Source of the DNA: Phoronis australis
Lineage: Eukaryota; Animalia; Phoronida
DNA: 64,000 nucleotides
Direction of reading: 5' to 3'
Assembly (NCBI GenBank): GCA_002633005.1
Contig: NMRA01000377.1
Coordinates: forward strand, 188,031-252,030
Shown here piece by piece: positions 1-12,121 of the stretch. A program made the translations under genes and the position numbers. The notes under the pieces were generated by a model. It saw only the letters and a list, made by a program, of their open reading frames with translations, did no database searches and was not told the origin of the DNA. Numbering within the stretch: position 1 is the stretch's first letter; every line of letters starts with the position of its first letter.

Positions 1-758
1 CTTTTGGCACATTCTGGTTATCATTCTCTGTAATTTCTACAAAACACACATCTAAAGCTATAGTACATAATTTATCAAAAATAACTAGACAGAATGACCT
101 GGAATTTTCCATCATGAAGACAGAGTGTAAGCAGAGTTCACCATAATATCAATAACAGAATGATGAAATGACCGGTCATGTGGGGCAATGACAGGTCACG
201 TGGGGCAATGAGCCAGCAATACCCATCATGACATGGAAACGGAATTTTGTCCGCACACTTTTGCTGTGTGGATGGTTTTCACACACATAATGGTCTTATA
301 GTGAGACCAGGGGTCAGGGTTTAACCTTAGTTTGTACTCAAAACTCAAAGTAATTTTTGGCATTATCCATACTTTTGTGCGAACTTAAGATACCGGTAAG
401 TGTAATTAGTCTGTGTTTGAGTACAGAATGGTTTAAGGTTATGAATTTCTAATCCAAGTTCACACTTGATGAATCTTAGATTCGAGCTACAAACTTCCAG
501 CCTTAATGGCGGGGTCTCCAAGTGCAAACTAGGATCACACAATTATCCACGTAAGCCATTATTTACTGAAACATAAAATTATAATAGACACTTATCTTGA
601 TTTTGCCCACTGACAAAAATAAATTGATGAGAGTTTCCTGCATTAAAATAGCAAAATACGAAATCATAAGATTGTAACTACAAATATACGGTAATCTCAA
701 ACATCAAAACTTAAAAATAAAAACGACAAAGAGCGCACCAATGTATGGTTTTGATGTT

Positions 759-759
759 G

Positions 760-809
<50 letters not shown>

Positions 810-826
810 AAACAAAAACAAAAACA
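759..826. repeat. (CAA)n/(CAAAAA)n microsatellite
   Basis: read directly. Confidence 0.97.
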
Positions 827-1003
827 AGCAAATATATATAACAGCTGCTAAAATAGACACCTGAGAGCATTAAATGAATAAAAAACAAAGATTCAACTTT
901 AAAGAACCCAATAACTCCAGAAACGCACAACGGAAAAAAGGGAAGGTTGTTCTGAGTCGATGGAAGTAATATGTTGAGAACACACTAGGTGGAGCTAGTA
1001 TAC

Positions 1004-1099
1004 CTGAATCTTCTGCTTTCAATAAAGCCTTGACATTATTTCTTTGGACAGACCGGGATTTTGTAAAGACAGGAACTTGTTTTTTAGATTCTTCATGTC
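1004..1099 (-). CDS. Candidate 96-nt symmetric exon of RP1-like gene (GHEESKKQVPVFTKSRSVQRNNVKALLKAEDS)
   Basis: ccccag acceptor, CAG|gtatac donor, phase 1-1 fits exon 18; no recognisable domain. Confidence 0.4.
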
Positions 1100-1547
1100 C
1101 TGGGGACGCATTATGAGGGTAAATATCATAAAATATCATAATTATTCAGTTAATGGAAATGCCAATAAGTAATCAATGTGAAAAAAAACATAGCTGAGAA
1201 TTGAATGTTATGTTTGAAATTTGTAACTAAAAAACTTTTGCTCGCTGAACACCATCAATGCCCATGAAGACTCTTCAGTCGTATATTCATTTGAGTATAT
1301 CTTACTCTGTGTAAAATGAGATTCAGAAATCACTAAAGGGCCAAAAAAGTATAGTTTTTCCTTTGTGTAAATGCCATGGCCAAAAATGATATCATGCATT
1401 AAGGGGCCCGTCATCAGGAAGCAACAATGGCATGGCAGTGTGCTCTCGAGCCTATTTACATATACCCAGCAAAAGCAAACATCCATGTCACGCCATCTTT
1501 ATAAAAGCCTATCATTTAGTGGGCACTAAAATTTGATGTAATTTTAC

Positions 1548-1603
1548 CTCCAATGTAGAGAGTTCTCTCTAGTTTCTTATCAGCTATGCTACTGTCCAAC
1601 CAC
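1548..1603 (-). CDS. RP1: RP1-like exon 18: PLAT4 end (KWLDSSIADKKLERTLYIG)
   Basis: phase 2 to 1, completes the PLAT WL..D..ER motif. Confidence 0.88.
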
Positions 1604-2167
1604 CTGAAATGTAGAAACGTAAATGTCACTTCAGTAGCTCATACACAGCAAAAGGAAGTGTTGGAAATCTGGCATTATTGTTGAACAATTTTGAATTCGT
1701 TGAGACTGAACACAATACACACTGCCACATTTTCATCACCACACGACTTGTTTCAATGAAAGAGTGTAACCACAGCACAACAAGAAGGACCTGTTGCATT
1801 TTTCACTCCAAAGCCCAAGTTTTCCTAAAAATCAAATAAAAGGGTGACTGATTTTTATAAGAACATAATCTACATAATTTATTTTTAAACAGTTGCAGTC
1901 TTGCTTGCTTTCTGCTCAGGGTCTCAAAAATAAATGGTACTGTAATAAATTATAACAACAACTGGGAAATTGCAAAAATGTAAGAACAAGAAGAAATGAT
2001 CATGATAAAATAATCATGATTACAGTTGGGTTGAATCAGTGACGGGCGAGACTGTTAATGGAGTACGGCCATTTAAACAATCAACAGCAGAAGAACTTAA
2101 TAATATATGAGGTACAAATTAGCATTCAGTTGTCAAATACCACTCAAGCCACATTTCTATTATGCAA

Positions 2168-2297
2168 AGAGATGCGCCCATTAAGAGATGCGCCCATTAA
2201 GAGATGCGCCCATTAAGAGATGCGCCCATTAAGAGATGCGCCCATTAAGAGATGCGCCCATTAAGAGATGCGCCCATTAAGAGATGCGCCCATTAAG
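2168..2297. repeat. 16-bp tandem repeat AGAGATGCGCCCATTA, about 8 copies
   Basis: read directly; ends at N 2298; two more units at 4911-4943. Confidence 0.97.
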
Positions 2298-2298
2298 N

Positions 2299-2350
2299 CG
2301 GACAGAGATGACGGCATAATGCGTCCACATATAAATATGTGGGCGCATAA
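2299..2350 (+). mobile_element. Terminal fragment of the Helentron-type element family found at 58924-60250
   Basis: identical terminal sequence AGATGACGGCATAATGCGTCCACATATAAATATGTGGGCGCATAA. Confidence 0.85.
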
Positions 2351-2352
2351 CA

Positions 2353-2505
2353 ATGACAAGGCAGTATTTCATAGATCCAAGACACTCGTCAAGAACTAGC
2401 GGTGACAAGGCAGTGTTTCATAGATCCAAGACATTCGTCAAGAACTAGCAGTGACAAGGCAGTGTTTCATAGATCCAAAACACTCGTCAAGTACTAGTGG
2501 TGGCA
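2353..2505. repeat. 49-bp tandem repeat, 3 copies
   Basis: TGACAAGGCAGTRTTTCATAGATCCAAGACACTCGTCAAGAACTAGC units. Confidence 0.93.
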
Positions 2506-2920
2506 AAGCTTCTTTTATGCAACAGAAACAGTGAATTTTATTCTACAATTCAACATCCCAACCTCTCCAACCAATCAATGGCAGCCATTTGGCTAGGTTC
2601 GTTAGTAAGGTCCAAAACAAACTCCTAAAACACCTGGCTTTCACTTGTGAGATTTTGTGTGGTCATGCTTTTTCACGAGATTCCGGTGTCTACAGAACAC
2701 ACCTCATGACTCAATATCATTCAATGCATTTTAGAGTTCCACCATCAAGCAAGAAATCAAAAATTTTCTACAAACTTAGATTGGTCTAAAAATAACCCAG
2801 GCAGGGATTTATACTGTAATTATCCAGCCTTTCAATTACAGACACAAACGAATGAATGAATGTGAATAAAGAACGTTATGGCGATTATTTTGCGAATATT
2901 TTGTTTATATTATAACTCAC

Positions 2921-3081
2921 TTCTGACAAGGGAAGACATGCTCAAGTTCAGGGTCGTCTTCACACCCTGTGATGACTATCTTTTCACAGTACCAGCCCTC
3001 TCCTGGCCCAGTTCCGTCATGTGACACGACACAATGGGTCAACGCCTCCAGGGACACAGCCTCCAGTAGGAATGTATCGAC
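2921..3081 (-). CDS. RP1: RP1-like exon 17: PLAT4 (VDTFLLEAVSL..HDGTGPGEGWYCEK..FPCQ)
   Basis: phase 0 to 2. Confidence 0.93.
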
Positions 3082-3348
3082 CTTGAGATGAAAAATTCAA
3101 GGTCAAGTATGCCATGATATAATGATTTCAACAGAAAGGTAAGACCTTCAGGTCAAAAGATGATTAATTTAACAACTCTTACAGCAATTTGTAACATATA
3201 TTGTAATTCTGAATACGATAAAATCTCAACAATTTCAGACAAAAGATACAGAGAGAAATTTCAGTCAACCATCAAAAACTGATTATTAGTTAATGGCAAT
3301 ATAAAACAGTTTAAGTCAGGCAAGTTATTGATAAATGAAAGTTCTTAC

Positions 3349-3500
3349 TTGTCCTTCTTCAAATTTGTTGGAGTTTTCAGATTTGAACAGCAGTCTTCTG
3401 CCCGTGTCGCCGCGAGTTCCAAAAACATTCAAGAATACATTGGCGTCAGTGTCTGACCCAGGTAAATCTCCAGTAAACACTTGCACTATGTACTGAACAA
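3349..3500 (-). CDS. RP1: RP1-like exon 16: PLAT4 start (VQYIVQVFTGDLPGSDTDANVFLNVFGTRGDTG..EGQ)
   Basis: phase 1 to 0. Confidence 0.93.
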
Positions 3501-4017
3501 CTGAAATAAAGACATCATAGAGCCATCAAAACACTCCATGGAAGGGTACAGCCAGTCTCTACAAACATAGCTTTAGTTGGAAACACCTCGATTTCAACTC
3601 AGTGAAAGGATATATTTTCTGAAAGTAGGAAGCCTGTAGAATTTGGCTTTTGACTTTATACCAATCTGCCATTAATTGGGTCACATGACCAAGTATTCTC
3701 TGTAAAATTTAGCAAAAAAGAAAGGTACATTCATAAGAAGCAAATGGTATTAATAGTACAATAAAATTTTGTTTGGTATAAAATGTAAAAGATCATTTTG
3801 TTTCATGCAAATTTTTAGTTTCTTCATGAATATCATAATATTATAACATCCTATTTTTTGTTAGCCCCTCCTGGAAAAGTGAAATATTTCAAAAACACTA
3901 ACTCCAAACAAAATTTGAAGAAAAAAGCATTATCGGAAAGCTTCATATGACCATTTCTGTTATATCAACAGTATGTCCAAATCCAGCCAAATTTTGCTAA
4001 AGCCCTATTTAGCCTAC

Positions 4018-4150
4018 CTGGCAAAACTGGCCGACCAGGTCGAATGGCTGGTAACTCCTTCAGTAGTGTTGGGTCCTTATTAGTCAGGGAAAACTGTTGA
4101 TTGTACTTGAATTTTAGTACTTCTTTTGTGCTCATGTCTTGCAGTTTGAC
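4018..4150 (-). CDS. RP1: RP1-like exon 15: PLAT3 end (VKLQDMSTKEVLKF..ELPAIRPGRPVLP)
   Basis: phase 0 to 1. Confidence 0.9.
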
Positions 4151-4780
4151 CTAAAATGAGGAAGATTAAAATTCAATACAAACTTCAATCTAACACAGAA
4201 CAACATAAAAATGGCCATACCAATTTCATCCACTTTGGTGAGACACATAGTTACTTAGTTAAACATTAGTTGTACAAAAATGATTATCATATTACAGCTA
4301 GAGAATTGTGGTACATTTTCGTCGCCATCTGTTGACAGAAAAATGGTGCACGTTCTCTGGTTCATTGGTCAACTTCATTCCGCTGGAAAACTGGGGTGCC
4401 ACAGTCCACTGCAGATATCCCACAAATCTCTAACCATGAAAACGTCAATGTGATGACCCATTGTTAAACAATGATAATGACTGACGACAGTTGACGAAAA
4501 AAGTGATGATACTTGGACGTCGACAACCTCTCAGATCGTCAAAGTAACAAATGCAAACATGCTGTGTCGCTGGAGTTGCAAGGAGTTATTGAAGAAATGT
4601 TGAACTGACATTTTGTTCGTAACAGATTGAGAGAAAGATTGTGAAGTGACTTGCTCACTGATAAACGTATGTTACATACTTAACTTGTTTCTCTTTATTA
4701 TCCCGTATAACTTAAAAATGGCAGATGCCAAGACCAAGTAGAAACAGGACATGAGTTAAAACACTGTCTATAAGATCCAA

Positions 4781-4978
4781 TAAAAATATTTACTAAAAAC
4801 AATCAGTTTTCGAGCCTTACTGGGTACGGGTCTTCATCAGGTATGAAGACAAGAGGCGCAAAAGACTTTTTATAGCAACCTTTTGTCCCACTTGTCTTTA
4901 TACCAGATGAAGAGATGCGCCCATTAAGAGATGCGCACATTTAGGCTTGAAAACTAGTGTTTTTAATAACTATTTTTA
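4781..4978. mobile_element. Inverted repeat of about 200 bp with degenerate hammerhead-like cores (Penelope-type terminal remnant)
   Basis: arms CTTCATCAGGTATGAAGACAAG and CTTGTCTTTATACCAGATGAAG; minus strand reads CTGATGAAG..TCGAAAAC. Confidence 0.5.
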
Positions 4979-5048
4979 CCTCATTTCAAAGTGTTTTACC
5001 TGTTTCTATAATTATCTTATCACTACACTTATTAATATGCATACTTAC

Positions 5049-5296
5049 CTCTCTCACTTTCCAAGATGGCCGCTTTTTCTTGTGCGTTGAGACCAGCTCC
5101 AGACGGACTTTGTAGATGACCCCTACTGAGCTCAAGTTAACTTTGAACTCATCCTTTGTACCCTCTTTGAACAGTCTCTCCTTGGAGCCCCCCAGAATGA
5201 TCAAGCCCGAGTTACCCTTGTCCCCGTAGACGACGATGGCGACGTCCCCATTTTGTATAGTTTCCAGTGATGTGATCCAAACTTTCCATTCACCCT
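5049..5296 (-). CDS. RP1: RP1-like exon 14: PLAT3 N-part (EGEWKVWITS..VVYGDKGNSG..SWKVRE)
   Basis: phase 1 to 0. Confidence 0.92.
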
Positions 5297-5853
5297 CTGA
5301 AACACATGCACAAAATTTGCATGTACTTTACATATTGTCACCACACCACTTCTGTCCAAAGGAAATATTACTTCCTATCACAACAGGATAAATAGTGAGG
5401 TAAGTGATCCATAGAGCGAGTTTCATGCAAATTTGGCGAGGTCACACAAGACCACACGAGTGACCGGCAAATGTGAGTAAACTCCACCAAGCAAGCAGGA
5501 AAACTGTACTGAAGTGACTGAACAGCAGCGGAGTTAAAACTGCTTATTTCTGTTCCTGACCATAAGCCAAGATTTCTCCTCATATACAAAGGGTGATTTT
5601 TCTTATAAAAACTTATATTTAACACCTTTTAAAACAACAAACTTGCAGAGCAACTTTTGTTTTGGTGTTCCTGTGTCGTGTATCAATACATCTGCATCGT
5701 GGTTGACATTCATCATCACAAATAGAAATGGACACAAAAATGTGTCATGATACAAGACACATTAAACAGACTGAAGCTTTTGAAATCACAAAGTTTCACA
5801 AGTATCATCACCATCAGCCTCAAGCAAACCATGTCACGGTCAATGACACTCAC

Positions 5854-6123
5854 CAACGGCAATGAACGTCGCCTCTGGAGTTTCAGGTACACCTGGTGTT
5901 GTTTGCCGTTGTTGCTTGGGTTTAGCAGACTCGTCTGCCGTCCACACACGTGCAGAACTGTCCATGATGTCATCACTTGAAGTTTCAGGCAAGGGGGTGG
6001 ACTCATTATCAGATTGATCTTCAGCATTCTTGGAATTATCCTTTTTCACCACGACCTTGCTGACGGCTTGTCTTGGACTCTTCTGGTTTTCCTTTCCTTC
6101 CTCCTTTTCTTTGGGTAAACCAA
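5854..6123 (-). CDS. RP1: RP1-like exon 13: low-complexity charged linker
   Basis: phase 1 to 1, open frame, gtgagt donor. Confidence 0.85.
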
Positions 6124-6861
6124 CTAACACACAAAGAAAAAACGTCACTGCTTAGCTCCCACACAAAGGTTAATTAATGGTTTGTGAAGAGCACTGCTAA
6201 CGTCAAACAAGCGAATTCAGGGCAAGTTGGCTGAAGAGATTATCAACTGTCAGGCTGTTAAAGGCCTACAGTGCACGTTGAACATATTATTGCAACAAGG
6301 CCTTATCTCCCAACTTAAGGCTCGACAATTAACCAATCACACTGCTTTATCCGAATACAATTAGTTAATCTGTAAGTTTGCTTGTAGGTTGTAGACAAGA
6401 TATTCGCAACTCTGACATTTTCTTGTGTAATATTCTAAAGAAGGTGCCAACCTCTAAACACAGCAAACTCAGCTTCCAGTTAGTGCATTGTGATGGGAAA
6501 TCCTCCTTGCATCAATTTTACTGTCTGGTACAACGAAAAAACAAACAATTTTGGCATTGAAATACTGTTCAAAGTCTTCCAATAGTAGAACTCTTGGAAT
6601 CGTGAGTACTTTTGGCACCCAACCACACAACAGCCGGCAATGATTAGCAGACGATGTGCAGTGTCTGCCTGGTGACGCTATTGAATAGTTACGTCACATT
6701 TATGCGCAAGAGCAAAGATTTCGTCTACTGAAAATATACGGAGTTGGCGGTCCATGTACTATCATAGCCTATGGTTTACTCGAAGTGAGCCATGAAATAG
6801 GTCAACTTTGTGCCGAATTTTGGCCCAGACAGTCATTACCATAACAATTGACTTGACTTAC

Positions 6862-7039
6862 ATGTTATCACCTCTGGGTACAATCTGACGTTCTTCTCCC
6901 CCGTGTCCACAGTCGGGCGTACCCTTCCATTTACTGTCATACCTATGAAGATGCCTCTACTCCGGACGGACTCTAAGGTGATGAAACCCTTTTCTTTAAC
7001 ACGCACGACCCTGAACTGGCAATATTTGTCACCCTTGCC
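6862..7039 (-). CDS. RP1: RP1-like exon 12 (GKGDKYCQFRVVRVKEKGFITLESVRSRGIFIGMTVNGRV..EVIT)
   Basis: phase 0 to 1. Confidence 0.88.
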
Positions 7040-7659
7040 CTAAAACAGCATGTAGGTCTTACAAAAATTTCAAAGAAAATAAAAGCAATCCAGCTAAAAA
7101 TGGAGAATATTGAAATATCAAATCAACTTGCAGACAAGTTTAGTTTTCAAAGTCTCTCCACCCAAGAAAATTGGCAAAATTTTGGAGCACAAGAGACACT
7201 ATGCTAATTTTCAATAAATTCAGTTTTATTTTTCGAGTGGTTGACATCCGGATTTTAGCCCTGACTTCAACAAATAATAAAACTAAATTGATTTTGACAA
7301 AAATCATTGGAAGTTTAATTAAACTGCTATAGTAGGGACTTGTAAAATTAACTTTTCAGGCAGATTTTCAAAAATTGTTTATTTAACCTTTAATGCATAT
7401 GAAAGAAAATTGTGTTAAGCTCTAAACAAAATGTGTCATGAACATGAATTACAAAAAGCAGGAAAGGATTTAATTCAATTTATCTAATGCCAGTGACAGC
7501 TTGTCAAGTAAAATACCCAGAATGCCCTTTGTTTCCTTTGCTGTCTCTTACCATTATTTTTATTCCCAACTAAGGCACTTGTCTGCTCATTTGGCACTTT
7601 ATTTTTATTAAAAGTATTCAAATAACAATACTAACTATTATAATAATTTAGAAACTCAC

Positions 7660-7878
7660 GGAGATATCAATTTGGCCCTCCTTCAAACGAATAAACTGGC
7701 CAGGGAAGACGACGCTTTCAAACATGCGAACATTGCTGGCGTCTGCCACTTTATGTACTTGGAACTGTGCCAGGCGATTTTTGCGGCCTGTGGCCAACAG
7801 CGAGTTATCATGGCTGATGTTCAATGTCTGTGACAATGACGTCCAAAATATTATGATTCCACCATCTCGGAACATTCC
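7660..7878 (-). CDS. RP1: RP1-like exon 11: beta-trefoil 2 (GMFRDGGIIIFW..MFESVVFPGQFIRLKEGQIDIS)
   Basis: phase 0 to 0. Confidence 0.88.
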
Positions 7879-8009
7879 CTGAAAATGAAGAAAATGCAAC
7901 ACTGGAGGCTAACAGTATTCGGAAAAGGAAATTATTAATAATTTAATCCAGAGCTGTAAGTTCCTGCATTTGATAGGTATTCGTAAGATACAGCCATGGT
8001 AAGCGTATA

Positions 8010-8725
8010 CAGCCATGGTAAGCGTATTTCAAAATAATTCTCCCGTGTTGACACAGATCACATTGAGTTTTCCAATAAAATCAATTGCACATCAATTTCT
8101 GTCAAACATAGCATTGTCTGCAGCCCAAAAAATCCTGTTCAATGATTTGTACCTTGGACGTCCTCAGGTTTGAGCCCCAAAATCACCCAAAGTGACCAAA
8201 ACAGGGTTATTGGTAATGGCGCCACCTTGTGGCCAACCTGAAATGTTTCTTCAAATCAGCTGGAAATCTGCCAAACAGCGTAGAAACGCTGAATAAACAC
8301 ACAATGGTGAGAAATAAAAAAAAAAAAAAAAAAACAGTGCAGGTGGTCTGATGTCATTTGCGGTGCATCAGACGTGCGCAGGCCTCATGGTTGGGCCCAT
8401 TGCACAAAACACCTGANCAGCCATGGTAAGCGTATTTCAAAATAATTCTCCCGTGCTGACACAGATTACATTGGAATTTTTCAATAAAATCAATTGCACA
8501 TCAATTTCTGTCAAACCTAGCATTGTCTGCAGCCCAAAAAATCCTGTTCAATGATTTGTACCTTGGACGTCCTCAGGTTTGAGCCCCAAAATCACCCAAA
8601 GTGACCAAAAACAGGTTACTGGTAATGGCACCACCTTGTGGCCAACCTGAAATGTTTCTTCAAAACAGCTGGAAATCTGCCAAACAACGTAGAAACGCTG
8701 AATAAACACACAATGGTGAGAAATA
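8010..8725. repeat. Direct duplication of about 305 bp (8010-8315 and 8418-8725) across N 8417, probably two alleles
   Basis: near-identical copies with scattered SNPs, joined at an N. Confidence 0.85.
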
Positions 8726-9462
8726 GCCAAGTCTCTTGTTTTACATAAGTGAGATAAAGTAACTCCATGCGGGACCCTAAAAAAATTCCCACAAAAAATC
8801 CTGTGCTGATCATGATGTATGCTTTGATGATAAAGTTTTGAAATGTGACAATAGTTGATCCAAATTTGATGCAGAATAACAAAGCAAAAAACCTTTCAGA
8901 ATTTCTAGAGACGATTTGATGGTTTATTTTGCATCTTAGCGCTCAGTAAAATTATATTTAAGCTAGCAAAATGATGTAAATCCTCTATGTGATTTCTATG
9001 CTAAAGATTCTGTAACAAAGATGATAAAATAATTTTAATGCTTTCATAAAGAAAAAAGCCCTTATCACTAACAAAAAACATTAGTGAGTCCCAAACAAGT
9101 GAATCTGCAGGGCAGTGCCAGATTAGATAAAAAATAAGCAAACACTCCTCTTTATGCAGGTGAAGTCCTCAATGTGTAAATCCAAACTTCTGGAAACTCA
9201 CTGCAATACTTCTCCTGACTTTCAAAGTTTTCTAACTCGCGGTCCAGAGCACTGGACCTGTTAGCTCTGGACCTGCTGTCAAGAAACGCCAGCAGAGGGC
9301 AGTGCTATTTTTGTGGGAATTGATCAGTCACTTATCACTTCCCAGTAGAGAAAGCCAGGCAGCTTTGCAACATTGAAAGGAATATTCACAGAGTTTCCAC
9401 CGTTTATTTATAGTTTTAGCGCTAAATGTAATAAATACAAAATATATGGAATTGGCGAGTAC

Positions 9463-9636
9463 CTTGCAGTAACAGAAGAACTGCTTGGAAGGTCCCAAGT
9501 TTGTACCACGTGTGTCGCCGGGTTTGCCATTTTGAAGAATGGCCACGTGTTGCAGGGCATACTTTACGGACTCCAATATGATGCTCCTGTCTGGTTGAAC
9601 TTTGACCAGGAACTCACAGAATGAGCCTCCCTTACC
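9463..9636 (-). CDS. RP1: RP1-like exon 10 (GKGGSFCEFLVKVQPDRSIILESVKY..FFCYCK)
   Basis: phase 0 to 0, FGF-like CxF..ES motif. Confidence 0.88.
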
Positions 9637-11815
9637 CTGGAAAAGAATGTTGACATAACGATCAAAATATTATTTTACACTTAACACGTTAACAACTTCT
9701 GTAGTCTCTTCACTTTTCAGTGAGAACGAATTAAAATGGGTTTGGTAGGGAAGTTTAATTAGAAGTCGAACCCCTTAATTTATAAAATTGCATGTTAACT
9801 CATTAATATGCCCAACAACAGTTTGAACTGAATCAGGAAATTTTTAGCAACAACAGCATGATAAGCAGTACGTTAAAACTTTCATAACCAAAAATCATGT
9901 CTGAAACAAAAGTTTAAAAAATCATAAACACAATAATTTGATTGATGCTTAAAAACAGAACATCAGCAAAGTTTAACAGAACACTGTCAGAAACTTACAG
10001 CAACGTGAGTGTGGCTTATAGGTTTACGGCCTAGATAACACTGTGTAAGGAAACAAAAATAAGCGAAATACACTACACTTCCCCACGGCAGTGAAAGAAA
10101 GAGGAATGAACAAGAAAGTAGCTTAATATTGCAATTTACTTCATACACACATCAAACTAAAGTCTTTTTTGTAAATTTCAAAAATATTTGATGCAACTCA
10201 TCTTGTGAAACATTAAAAGTTCAAAGTTCATTTAAACACAAAAGTCACATAAAACTAAGTAACTAATGACAAAAAATGAATACGAAATAATAAAACTGAT
10301 GACTTTGTCATCAACATTTGAAAGGTGGTTAGCAACCATACCCCAAAAAGTGACTTAAGACTCACCAAAGTCAGAGATTTTGTGTAGACTAATGATTCCA
10401 CTTCATAATCATTTAATGAAAGTTTAGTCATGAGATGATTAGCACGTCACAACCCAGACATAATCTACAGTACAATTTATATCAGTAAGAATCAGTCATG
10501 GACATATTCTCAGTCATTTTGTAATACTGCCACGACGAAATTTAATTATTTTTAGAAATAGTTGTGTGGGGAGCAAGTCTTAGACCAAACTTCTGAGACT
10601 TAAGTCTTAAGTCCTTTTACGCGACAAAAAGTCAGGAAAGTGCTTTTGAAAGCTACACAGTGCTGCTGGTGTTCCATAAGTCAGACATACCGCATACAAA
10701 AACCAAGGGTCGTCCACATGCTTGCATGAAAGGAACAAAATATGCTGGGGTTGACTGTTAGTGGATTTGGGAACTCAAGCAAAAATGCTCTAAAACACCA
10801 CAAGCTCAGGTGACACAATACAGGATACATTGGGTGATAGGCAGTCGCGTTGATTTTCAAAAACACTATCAAAGACATAAGAAAACAGTGACTTCTTTGT
10901 TTAATGCTACCTACAGCAGTAGGACAAGGAAAAATTGTCGACGACAAACTGTCACAAATAAAGTTTCTTGGTGCAAATCAAGCCACTGAAGGGAACAGTG
11001 GGCTTCATTTAACAACAGCATCCAGAACAAAATTAGAGATTTAAAAAGACAGCAGTTTGAGCAGAATTTGACATTTAACAATGAATGGTAATGAACCCCC
11101 CAAATCTGTAAAAAATTGTGATTAGGTTAGGATCATTCAAGAGTCCACCGATTCCCCACAGCATAACACAGGGCCTGGTGTCATTGAAAGTCAACGGTTG
11201 CGCAGTTCTGTGATGCCAACCCATCAATAATGCATTGAGCTGCGTGCGTAAACAATTAGTTGTGCCTAACAATATAGGAAGCCAAAGGGTTAGACAGACA
11301 ATGGAGAAAACAGTCAATATCATGCTTTTACTCGTTCAAAAAGACGCACAAGTTTTTAGTTAAAACTATTTTATCCAAGAACGTGCAAGTGATGTGTCAG
11401 TTTTCTCAAATGTGTCATAAGGTGTCAAAACTTTGTATATACTAACCACACTAATAGGAATAACCTGTTAAGAAAGCATTGTCAAATAAATTGCCGATTA
11501 AAATACAGCACTTAATATTTAATTGAATGCCAAATGCTATGATCACGATTATTACAAACAGATTGAATGTTTCAAGTTAAGTGAACAATATTTTAAATAA
11601 TTCTCATTGCAAACCAATTTTTCTTCAGATAATCTTCAAATGTTATCACTGTCAAGGAAATCACAACAAAAAGCGCTGTTACCAGGACAACAGTTGCAAG
11701 ATGAGGCCTTACGAGTGTTTGTATTCTTTATACCACACGTGACAATACAAAGTTCACCAGTCCTGATATCTGACTATCAGCATCGGCCATGTTATAATTC
11801 ACATCCTGCATTACG

Positions 11816-11830
11816 GTTTCCAATAGCAAC
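11816..11830. promoter_or_regulatory. RFX X-box-like site GTTTCCAATAGCAAC in intron 9
   Basis: motif match only. Confidence 0.4.
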
Positions 11831-11836
11831 ACTTAC

Positions 11837-11940
11837 CGCTCCCAGTACTTTTCCACCATCAACAGCCAAATGAAAGTTTGGATAGCTGACACTGCTGAAT
11901 ACCCTGACATTACCAGTTCTTGGCATCACCGTGAACACAG
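11837..11940 (-). CDS. RP1: RP1-like exon 9 (AVFTVMPRTGNVRVFSSVSYPNFHLAVDGGKVLGA)
   Basis: phase 1 to 0, gtaagt donor. Confidence 0.88.
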
Positions 11941-12121
11941 CTAAAGGCAAAAATTAACAAGACATTAATCTTGGCATCACCGTGAACACAGCTAAAGGCA
12001 AAAATTAACAAGACATTAGTCTGGCATCACTGTGAACACAGCTAAAGGCAAAAATTAACAAGACATTAGTCTGGCATCACTGTGAACACAGCTAAAGGCA
12101 AAAATTAACAAGACATTAGTC
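11921..12121. repeat. 50-51 bp tandem repeat, 4 copies, spanning the exon 9 splice acceptor
   Basis: units start at 11921, 11972, 12022, 12072. Confidence 0.95.

Noticed and set aside
697-930. Poly-Val ORF
   Set aside because: Translation of the (CAA)n microsatellite.
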